From: an uncultured virus (IMG/VR IMGVR_UViG_3300043803_001397)
Lineage: Duplodnaviria > Heunggongvirae > Uroviricota > Caudoviricetes
Direction: 5' to 3' (one strand)
Virus record (IMG/VR): IMGVR_UViG_3300043803_001397
DNA length: 20,000 nucleotides
The position numbers and the translations under genes are program-made. This document shows, in pieces, positions 1 to 8,256 of the stretch; within the stretch, counting starts at the first letter, position 1; the number at the start of each line of letters is the position of its first letter. The notes beneath the pieces were generated by a model that had not been told where the DNA came from, did not search any database, and saw only the letters and a program-made list of their open reading frames with translations.

Positions 1-210
1 TGACATTTGAATATTTGTACAGGTTGTTGTGTATTTTCCTGTATTAGAAGAATGTACATTTATAGGAGCATAATAAGGATTACTTGTTGGAGTTGGATAA
101 AAAGCATTGCCAAAAGCCCATGATCCAAATTTGTAATCTGTCATTGTTGACTGAGCCATTTCAACCCTAACGTCATTAAAACTTATTTGTCCGCTAGCTG
201 GTAGTGCCAT
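1..210 (-). CDS. Putative tail fibre tip/adhesin partner protein (partial, runs off window start)
   Basis: Not in the ORF track. ATG at 210 is open to position 1: MALPASGQISFNDVRVEMAQSTMTDYKFGSWAFG... A MALPxSGxIS start is typical of genes following S74-containing fibres. Overlaps the fibre gene end by 17 nt. Confidence 0.75.
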   Translation of the reverse strand, partial: MALPASGQISFNDVRVEMAQSTMTDYKFGSWAFGNAFYPTPTSNPYYAPINVHSSNTGKYTTTCTNIQMS

Positions 211-3200
211 AAACTTTTATTTTCAGTTCTTCAATTATAGTTTGTTGCTCTTTTATTGCCTCTATTAATAATGGAACTATTTTTTCGTATTGTACAGTTA
301 AATAGTTTTGTCCTGAAATTGAATTATCATATCCATCATTGTCAAATGGTGCCAACTTAACAGCTTCTGGTAATATTGATTGAACTTCTTGTGCATATAC
401 TCCAACATGTTTAACTACTACATCAAAACCAGCTAACTTATTTGCTCTGTCGTTCCAATTATATATAAAGCCTGTTAGAGACTTAACTTTTTCTAATGGA
501 TTTGAAATTTTTTTTATATTTGTTTTAAGACGCATATCTGAAGAATATGCTACAATATCATTTGAAGCATCAATTCTTCCATCTGTTGCATTTGGATTAA
601 CATTAACACCTAAAGCACCAGATGTTATTTTTTGGTCTCCAACTATTTCTAACTTATAAGCAGGACTTGCCGTTCCGATACCTACGTTGCCCGCAGAAGG
701 TTGTAAAATTAAACCGTTGTTATTATAAATATATCTTAAAAAGTTATTACCAGCAGTACCATAAAAATTTATAGTGTTTCCAGAATCGTATCTTGATTCT
801 ATATCAAAATAATAAATACTTGGATCTGATTCTGTAGATAATCTAAGCTTAACTCCATTTCCTTGTACATTTAATTTTGTAGCTGGACTTGTCGTACCTA
901 TACCTACGTTGCCTAATTCTCCAATAGTCAGTTTAGCATCACTAAGTGTAGCAGAAGCTGCACCAGTTGAAGGTCCGTTTAAAATATGAACTTTTCCTGC
1001 TGCATTTCCCCCTCCACCACTATTATCAGTTCTTTCAAAAACTATAGCCGACTTTCTATAAAGTGTATTGTTTTCTCTATAACCAAAATGAATTCCCGAC
1101 CAATTACCTACACCCATTAGAGAAGCAAAACTTGCATAGCCATTAGTTGGAGTAACCACATCTAAAATACTTTGGGGACTTGTCGTACCTATTCCAAAAT
1201 TACCGGCATTTATATAACTATTAGAAGTATTATTGGCATTTAATTGTATATTACTTGTACCTCCTTTATATAAATCCAAAATACCATGTGCTGATACACT
1301 AGTACCACTAGCTGAAACTGTAAAAACAGTTGATGTATTATTATAATTAACATTTAGATATATAGAGTCATTATATCCAACAACGGTCGTAGCACCCGCA
1401 ATGAATTTTTCATAACTTGTTCCTGGGTTATCTCTTACAGAAACTCTACCTGATGACTCCAATAAAATACTTGAAGCTACTACACCTCCCCAGTGGAATC
1501 CTAATTGTGGTGCATAAATCACATTTGTATTACCACTACCTCCTGAATTTTCTCTTATTTGCCAGTTTTGTGTGTAAGCAATTCCTGTTGATGTGGATTG
1601 TATATATGAACCTCCAGTTCCAAGTATAATAGGAGTAGAAATAGCACCTACAGTAGCTGTTCCACTTAGGTTTAAAGTGACTGCTTCTAATGTAGTGATA
1701 TTTGTAATATTCCATGCACCCATGTTTATATGACCTCCCATAGTGCCACCACTTAAGGGTAAAGCATAAGAACTGTAATTACCACTATCTAATACAGTTC
1801 TCCATGATTGCCATGTCCCATTATTTTTACCTCTAATAGCTATCTGCCCTGTTCTATAATCACCATATATTTGATGTTGCCAAACTGAACTGTAAGCTTG
1901 GGAAAATAATGCACCATCTGATTGTCCAAATAATGATATATTAGTTCCAACATAACTAATACCATTACTATTAATGCTATCTGCAGCAGTCGCGGAGTTT
2001 GATCCGGTATTAACAAAACTCCATCCATCTATATTATCTGCTGAAGTAGCAGTTGCAGCATTACCTGTAATGTTTATACTCCATGTACCACTTGCACCAG
2101 TACCTGTTAAGGTTGGAGAATATGAGTTATAATTAGCTGAATGTAAAACATCTACAAAATTAGAATAAGCAGTAGCAGATCCAAAAGACTGCTGGTATAT
2201 TCTCATACCAATAGCATCTTTGCGGAACAAGACTAAATTATCATTACCTCCAGAACCATCTAAATAAGATCTTAGATGTAAAAAGTCAGCATATGGTGCT
2301 GTATTATTATTAGCCCATGAGGTAAATCCAAATCTTAATTCAGAAGCACTTTCAGAGTTTGGAGCTATTGTTCTTATGTCTCTAGAAGTAAGTCTAGCAG
2401 CAGCTCCAGTAATACTAGCAGATGATGTAATGTAACCAGGACCGTTAGTTAACTGATTAAGATTAGTTAGATTACCGGAATCCCAAATTGTATTACCTAA
2501 TGCAGTTGGCCGGCTTCTTACAAAATTTACTACACCTCCATTAGATATGCTAATAGCTGTTTTAGAACCACTAACATATGCATCTGTAGTAGCAATGTAC
2601 ATTATTGTACCAAAATTACCTCCTGATATTACATATATTCCAGCTTGGGCAGTAGTTCCAGAAGAACTGTCTCTTGCACCAAATGTAATTGCAGGTCCAA
2701 AATCTGTTGTAACACTAGCAGCTCCTAAATGCAAACCACCATTAGCTGTACCTGGAGTAGTAGCATTCCATGCTGCTAAACTTCCTTGTAAAACAATAGG
2801 CGTAGAAGTAGTAGCCCCACGCCCAGTTACTGTTGCTAAAGTATCAGACTCAGCAGTTAAAAATGCAGGAGCACCAGTAATTTTAGACCATCCAAGAGAA
2901 GTTATCCATGCTGGGTTTGCATAAGATCCAGTAGTATAAACTCCATCAGTGACAGTTCCAGAATTTCCATCTATGGAAACACCTGTTAATGTTTGTGCTG
3001 CACTGGCTCGTCCAAGTGATATTGAGGTAGTACCTATATTAAAAGAGCTGTTTACTAACATTGCGTTAGTAACCACACCATTTGCAATTGTTGTTACTAT
3101 AGATGTAGTACCAGATCCAGTCACATTTCCAGTTAATGTAATAGTTTGGTTGCCTGTTATATAACCTGCCCCATTAACAAGTTGACTAGTATTAGTAGGT

Positions 3201-4498
3201 ATGGTAATAACTCCTGTAGAAGAGTTGTATGCACCACTACCCGCTACAAAACTTAAAGCTGCACGTGCACGCGTGTCTGTGTAATAAAGATTTGTACCCT
3301 CACTTACATTTGTTGTAGATAGAGAAGGAAGATCTGCTAAAAGTAAAGCTCTAAATGTAGGAACTCCTGCTGATCCGTTTGGAGCAATAAATACTGTATT
3401 AGCTGTTTGTGAAGCTAATGTAACTGTAAATGTACCAGATGTAGTGATGGGAGAACCACTGAGTCCAAATATTCCAGGTAGAGCAATGGCTACAGATGTA
3501 ACTGTACCTGTATTATTTGTATAACCTGATGGGTTGGAAGCTAGATAATAAGTGGCAGTGTCAAGAGAAAATGTTCCAGCACCAGTCATTTTTACAAACG
3601 GTGTACCTGAAGTCCAAGAAAGAGCAGCTAATCCTGATAGCACAGAACTAGCTTGTTGGGCTCCTATAGTATTATAGCTTATAGTAACTGCTGAAGATCC
3701 ATCAAATGTAATACCTGATGAGTTACCACTACCGGAATTATTAAATGTAACAGGATTTGTTGTTGTACCAGAACTACCACCACCTCCACCTGAAGGGGCT
3801 GCCCATGTACCGTCTGCTCTAAGGAAGTTTGTAGTACCTCCCGTTGAAACAGGAACTAATCCTTTTGCAGTAGTTGAGAATAGATCTAATAAAGCTGTAG
3901 CTTGAGTAGCTGTTAATGATTCAACATTCCCAGTACCACCTGTCACTCTACCTAATATAGTGGACGTAGATACTTGAGCAAGTTTTGCTAATGTTACAAC
4001 ATTATTAGAAATAACGGTAGATAGGGCTGTATTACCAGAGCCTGTAATATCACCTGAGAGTGTAATAGTCTGATTAGCAGTGAGATAGGTAGTTGTATCT
4101 AATGCAAACGTATTTGCACCAGTCATCTTTACAAAAGGAGTGCCTCCTGAATAAACTAAATTAGTTAGTGCTGTAAGAATAGGTGACTGACCCTGTGCAC
4201 CAATAGTGTTATAACTTACTGTTATAGACTGAGATCCATTATAACTAGCACCAGAACTATTACCAGAACCAGTGTTGTTAAATAATACTACATTTGGGTT
4301 AGGACTTGAAGAGGATGGAACATAACTTATTGTAACATCTCCTGTACCAGGATCTATCCCAGTGTATGATATTTCTATATTGGAACCAGCAATGATTTTT
4401 CTAATCACAGCATGACCAGGACTTATTACGTTTAAGTCCTGTCTAAGTATACCCTGCTCAGGTTGTACTGGTTGTCTTGTTAAAGAAAATATTGACAC
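194..4498 (-). CDS. Long tail fibre with C-terminal intramolecular chaperone (peptidase S74-like)
   Basis: 1434 aa, Gly/Ser/Thr-rich, GTG start. C-terminal YSSDMRLKTNIK...HVGVYAQEV...YEKIVPLLIEAIKEQQ is the S74 signature. Also GN(V/F)GIGTxSP repeats, a GTWQSWRTVLDSGNY module and internal duplications. Confidence 0.9.
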   Translation of the reverse strand: MSIFSLTRQPVQPEQGILRQDLNVISPGHAVIRKIIAGSNIEISYTGIDPGTGDVTISYVPSSSSPNPNVVLFNNTGSGNSSGASYNGSQSITVSYNTIGAQGQSPILTALTNLVYSGGTPFVKMTGANTFALDTTTYLTANQTITLSGDITGSGNTALSTVISNNVVTLAKLAQVSTSTILGRVTGGTGNVESLTATQATALLDLFSTTAKGLVPVSTGGTTNFLRADGTWAAPSGGGGGSSGTTTNPVTFNNSGSGNSSGITFDGSSAVTISYNTIGAQQASSVLSGLAALSWTSGTPFVKMTGAGTFSLDTATYYLASNPSGYTNNTGTVTSVAIALPGIFGLSGSPITTSGTFTVTLASQTANTVFIAPNGSAGVPTFRALLLADLPSLSTTNVSEGTNLYYTDTRARAALSFVAGSGAYNSSTGVITIPTNTSQLVNGAGYITGNQTITLTGNVTGSGTTSIVTTIANGVVTNAMLVNSSFNIGTTSISLGRASAAQTLTGVSIDGNSGTVTDGVYTTGSYANPAWITSLGWSKITGAPAFLTAESDTLATVTGRGATTSTPIVLQGSLAAWNATTPGTANGGLHLGAASVTTDFGPAITFGARDSSSGTTAQAGIYVISGGNFGTIMYIATTDAYVSGSKTAISISNGGVVNFVRSRPTALGNTIWDSGNLTNLNQLTNGPGYITSSASITGAAARLTSRDIRTIAPNSESASELRFGFTSWANNNTAPYADFLHLRSYLDGSGGNDNLVLFRKDAIGMRIYQQSFGSATAYSNFVDVLHSANYNSYSPTLTGTGASGTWSINITGNAATATSADNIDGWSFVNTGSNSATAADSINSNGISYVGTNISLFGQSDGALFSQAYSSVWQHQIYGDYRTGQIAIRGKNNGTWQSWRTVLDSGNYSSYALPLSGGTMGGHINMGAWNITNITTLEAVTLNLSGTATVGAISTPIILGTGGSYIQSTSTGIAYTQNWQIRENSGGSGNTNVIYAPQLGFHWGGVVASSILLESSGRVSVRDNPGTSYEKFIAGATTVVGYNDSIYLNVNYNNTSTVFTVSASGTSVSAHGILDLYKGGTSNIQLNANNTSNSYINAGNFGIGTTSPQSILDVVTPTNGYASFASLMGVGNWSGIHFGYRENNTLYRKSAIVFERTDNSGGGGNAAGKVHILNGPSTGAASATLSDAKLTIGELGNVGIGTTSPATKLNVQGNGVKLRLSTESDPSIYYFDIESRYDSGNTINFYGTAGNNFLRYIYNNNGLILQPSAGNVGIGTASPAYKLEIVGDQKITSGALGVNVNPNATDGRIDASNDIVAYSSDMRLKTNIKKISNPLEKVKSLTGFIYNWNDRANKLAGFDVVVKHVGVYAQEVQSILPEAVKLAPFDNDGYDNSISGQNYLTVQYEKIVPLLIEAIKEQQTIIEELKIKVYGTTS

Positions 4499-4508
4499 GT
4501 TAAATTAG

Positions 4509-4670
4509 TTATTTCCAGATTCCACTCACATTAAGCTTTGGTGTAGTGGTTTTCCAAGTACCACTCACCTTAACAAACATAGTTGCTTGTTTCCAAGTAC
4601 CAGCAACCTTAATCCATACGACTACCGGTGTAGGTGGAGCACCACTATTCTGTAATAGTGTAAGAAACAT
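4509..4670 (-). CDS. 53-aa small protein with three VxGxWK repeats (fibre-associated)
   Basis: Not in the ORF track. Manual translation MFLTLLQNSGAPPTPVVVWIKVAGTWKQATMFVKVSGTWKTTTPKLNVSGIWK*. Fills the gap between neighbours tightly. Confidence 0.8.
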   Translation of the reverse strand: MFLTLLQNSGAPPTPVVVWIKVAGTWKQATMFVKVSGTWKTTTPKLNVSGIWK

Positions 4671-4672
4671 GG

Positions 4673-4837
4673 TTAGTTAGTATTCTTAAGTTTATCTATA
4701 GTTTCTTGCAATTCTAATATTTCAATATCAAGTTTATTAACAAGTTGATTGTTATCTAATTGAATATTAGAAATTCTAGATTGTTTTAAATACTCTAGTC
4801 TAATTTCACATTGTTCTATAAGTTTAAGGATTGTCAT
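4673..4837 (-). CDS. 54-aa helical/coiled-coil small protein
   Basis: Not in the ORF track. MTILKLIEQCEIRLEYLKQSRISNIQLDNNQLVNKLDIEILELQETIDKLKNTN*. A-rich leader; stop lies 2 nt before the next ATG. Confidence 0.75.
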   Translation of the reverse strand: MTILKLIEQCEIRLEYLKQSRISNIQLDNNQLVNKLDIEILELQETIDKLKNTN

Positions 4838-4856
4838 TTTATATATATTAAATTAA

Positions 4857-7496
4857 TTATAAAATCCAAAATACAAGTACCTTATAGCACTCCTGGAAAG
4901 ATGCTCGATTAAGCCAAACATATTTCAAACCATCTTTTGTTTGAATAACTTCCATTCTGTTTCCAATAATAGCAGTTGGAGCGGCATATGGATACATAGA
5001 AGCTCCGTTTACCTTTCCTGTCACTACATTTAACGCCATAATTCTTTGAGTGTTATCTTTATGATAAAAGATTCTATCCTCTCCATCATAAGCTGCCATT
5101 GTTCCTGTAGTGAGGGTTTCTGTTAATGGTACAGTAAACATAAGATTAAATCTATCCGTAGTTAAATCCCATCTATCAAATCCGATAGCAGCTCCTCCTC
5201 TTATAATAAAAGCATATCTTCCTCTCATATTCAAATCACTTGTTCCAAATGCCCAGTTTATACTTGTTCCTGTTCCTTTTACACCTTGTTCAAGAATAGT
5301 GTACCCAGTAACAGCAGTTGTTGGTGCGGTAATAGTACCACAAGTGATAGTATTTGATGTATTACTTGTAATTGCCACCTCTATAGGACCACCTGTTGTT
5401 GTAAGAATCCTTAATCTTTTACCTGCCCATATATTTACTGCCCAAGATTTAGACGTATCTTGAAGAGTAGTGGTAGAACCTGTACCGGTTGCAACACCAA
5501 AATCTGCTGCACCAATAGCTGATGATGTACATATACTATACCTACTAACACCGTTTAATGGTGCTGTAGCTACTGCCGCAAGTGTTAATGTGGTTGCTGT
5601 ATTAGATGTAATACGGAATATCTGTGATGCAACACTACCGGTTCCTGCAGTAATAGCGCCTGTGTACATATAAACTGTAAACCCTGCCCATTGGTTGGTA
5701 GTCCAGTTTTTGCTAAAATCCGTAAGCGTAGTTGTTGATTGAGTTCCAACAATCGTTGTAGCAGCAGGAGTTCCTGCCATTGTGTAAGTGAATGTAGTTG
5801 CAGATGGTACAGTGGCAATAGCTACGTTTGTTACGTTAAAGTTAGCATCAGTAGCACCTCTTACTGTTACCAAATCTCCAACTTTAAATTGATGTGCATG
5901 AACAGTAGTTACAGTAGCTGTAGTTGTGGCATTTGCTAATGTAGAAATGGCAATAGGTTGATGTCCTGCTACAGTTGCTGCTGCATTTCTTGCTATACCA
6001 AAATCTTGTTGTCTACCAAATGAAGTTACTAATGAATCTATATTGTAGATACCCATTGCAGCAATACCTCCTAATTGAATGTACGCTTTATTCGGGTCTC
6101 CTTGTATTGCAAATACTGATGTACTATCAGGATTTGTATCCCAAGTACCTACAATAGTAAGTGCGGTGGCTGTATTACTTGCTATTGGTCTTATTTGACC
6201 TGCTCCTGTTCCTGCCAAAATTCTTACAGCATAGTTTGACCATCTATTTACGGCCCAAGATTTTGTTGAATCAGTAATAGTTGTTGCTGCTCCTGATGTT
6301 GCTGTTCCTGCGTCAAATCCAAGAATGAAATATCTACTTGTTGCATTAGGATGTGGATTAATATGAGTATTCCAAGTTAATGTAGTGGAAGTATTTGAAG
6401 CAATTTGTCTAATCTGACCTGCACCTGTACCTGAATAAATATACACCCAATATCCTGCCCATTGGTTTACTTTCCAGGCTGCTCTATCAACACCAAGAGA
6501 AGCATCAACTAATGTAGTTACTGTGCTACTTGCAGAAGATATTCCCCTGTACCAATATGTAGCATTTTCAGTAGTTCTTTCAATGCTACAATCTGTACCT
6601 ACTGCTGTAAAAATGTTTTGACTGGCAGGTAAAACATACCAAGTATCTGAAATTATATCATAAGACTGCATTGTAAAAAATGGAGCTGCTGCAGCACTTG
6701 ATACTAACCCAATCAAGCCTGTTTGAATACGATAAACAGATGTCGTGTCTGGTTGAACAGTCCAAGCAGAATCTAGAGTGATCACTTGTGATTCTATTGC
6801 GTATGTAGATTGAGAACCTGCTGTTGCTGAAATAGCAGGAGTAAATACAGCAGGATTGTTCCAGGGTTTATTCATTTGAGTAGTATCACCCAAAGTAATT
6901 ATGTTTGCTGCATTAGAAAGTATTCTTCTAATTTGGCTTACACCAGCGTTACCTGTAATACGAAGTGTATAACCTTCATATTGATTTACAGCCCAAGTTT
7001 TTAAAGTGTCTGTAATGTTTAAAGCTCCAGCGGTGTTTGATACAGCTGTAACTATCCCACTATCCGCAATTACTGGCTCTGCCACACCTGTAATGGTTCT
7101 ACGCTGTCCTGCTCCTGTTCCAGATAAAATAACAATATCATATCCAATTAATGATTGTTGTGTAATTGCAGCAACTTGTAATGTACTTGCTCCTGCAGAA
7201 ATCACCTTACCATCAATACCTAATGCTGCATTATACTTCATTGAACTAAATGTAATGGGAGCAATAGCAGGAGGTGAAAGCTGTTGGAACATATCAGTCC
7301 AAGTATCATAACGAAAAAACTGAGTAGCTGATATTAAGTAATAAATATATCTACCGTGTTCATCTGGTAGAAAGTCAGAATTATCTGCTGAACAAGTTGA
7401 AGAAATAGCACTACTTACAGCTGGTGCAAAACGTGTCCATTCCCATACTGGCATATCTACCTGTCTTGTAAGTGTATTTGAAGTTAAAGCTGGCAT
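4857..7496 (-). CDS. Putative receptor-binding/adhesin protein with Kelch-like blades and W-x2-N-x-W repeats
   Basis: 879 aa. About six repeats of the type DxxKxWxxNxWxG...GTGAGQxRxIxSNT, plus Kelch-like segments (FFRYDTWTDMF, QSYDIISDTW, FDRWDLTTDRF). Lies in the fibre cluster. Confidence 0.65.
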   Translation of the reverse strand: MPALTSNTLTRQVDMPVWEWTRFAPAVSSAISSTCSADNSDFLPDEHGRYIYYLISATQFFRYDTWTDMFQQLSPPAIAPITFSSMKYNAALGIDGKVISAGASTLQVAAITQQSLIGYDIVILSGTGAGQRRTITGVAEPVIADSGIVTAVSNTAGALNITDTLKTWAVNQYEGYTLRITGNAGVSQIRRILSNAANIITLGDTTQMNKPWNNPAVFTPAISATAGSQSTYAIESQVITLDSAWTVQPDTTSVYRIQTGLIGLVSSAAAAPFFTMQSYDIISDTWYVLPASQNIFTAVGTDCSIERTTENATYWYRGISSASSTVTTLVDASLGVDRAAWKVNQWAGYWVYIYSGTGAGQIRQIASNTSTTLTWNTHINPHPNATSRYFILGFDAGTATSGAATTITDSTKSWAVNRWSNYAVRILAGTGAGQIRPIASNTATALTIVGTWDTNPDSTSVFAIQGDPNKAYIQLGGIAAMGIYNIDSLVTSFGRQQDFGIARNAAATVAGHQPIAISTLANATTTATVTTVHAHQFKVGDLVTVRGATDANFNVTNVAIATVPSATTFTYTMAGTPAATTIVGTQSTTTLTDFSKNWTTNQWAGFTVYMYTGAITAGTGSVASQIFRITSNTATTLTLAAVATAPLNGVSRYSICTSSAIGAADFGVATGTGSTTTLQDTSKSWAVNIWAGKRLRILTTTGGPIEVAITSNTSNTITCGTITAPTTAVTGYTILEQGVKGTGTSINWAFGTSDLNMRGRYAFIIRGGAAIGFDRWDLTTDRFNLMFTVPLTETLTTGTMAAYDGEDRIFYHKDNTQRIMALNVVTGKVNGASMYPYAAPTAIIGNRMEVIQTKDGLKYVWLNRASFQECYKVLVFWIL

Positions 7497-7514
7497 AAAA
7501 TATAATTTAAATTA

Positions 7515-7952
7515 TTATTGTATTTTTAAGTTTGCACGAATAGCTTGTGCATATGTTTGTCTGGATATATTTATATACATCTCTCTGTCCATACCTGCAA
7601 GTGCAGTTTGAGCAGCTACGTTGGTCACAGATGAGACAGTTGAAACGGTGGTAACAGTTGATACAGTTCCTAAAGTTAAACCTGTTGTAATATCATCAAT
7701 TCTTATTCTTTGTCTTTGAGCAGAGTCTACAACTTGAAGAGTTTCTGAAATTTTTACTAATCTTTCTAATAAACTAAGTAAATCTTCTACTCTCACTGCT
7801 TTAGCAGGTAGAGGGTTACTAGCACTAACATCACCATCAGAAACACCATCTGCACCAAGAACCATTTTTATTCTTTGATGCTGTATTCCACCAATATCAT
7901 CAGATGCTATGTTTGCACCCGAACCTGGCGTATATCCTAAATTATCTGGCAT
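7515..7952 (-). CDS. Hypothetical virion/fibre adaptor protein
   Basis: 145 aa with a TVSTVTTVSTVSSVTNV triplet repeat (beta-helix/stalk-like). Immediately upstream of the 879-aa gene. Confidence 0.6.
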   Translation of the reverse strand: MPDNLGYTPGSGANIASDDIGGIQHQRIKMVLGADGVSDGDVSASNPLPAKAVRVEDLLSLLERLVKISETLQVVDSAQRQRIRIDDITTGLTLGTVSTVTTVSTVSSVTNVAAQTALAGMDREMYINISRQTYAQAIRANLKIQ

Positions 7953-7970
7953 ATGTTTTAATTTTAAGTG

Positions 7971-8246
7971 TTATATAATAGTTACTCCAAGTGTTTGGGC
8001 AGCCCAACTCCATGCTTGTGGGTTTGTTTCCCAAGAATCATAAGCTGCACCTAACATTGTGATGTTTCCATCAGTTAGTATATTTCCAGATATTTCTTTA
8101 CCATCTTTGTCTAATGTAGCTTCATGCAAAGAGTAATAAAATATTGCTGAATCTTGTAAATTATCTGTTCCACATCTAAGAAACATATACTTTGCTGATT
8201 TTATTTGTCCGTTTACCCAAATGTTAAATGGTTGTATCTTTTTCAT
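7971..8246 (-). CDS. Small hypothetical protein, possible fibre assembly chaperone
   Basis: 91 aa directly after the 800-aa fibre; co-oriented and tightly packed. Function inferred from position only. Confidence 0.55.
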   Translation of the reverse strand: MKKIQPFNIWVNGQIKSAKYMFLRCGTDNLQDSAIFYYSLHEATLDKDGKEISGNILTDGNITMLGAAYDSWETNPQAWSWAAQTLGVTII

Positions 8247-8256
8247 TCTTTATAGC

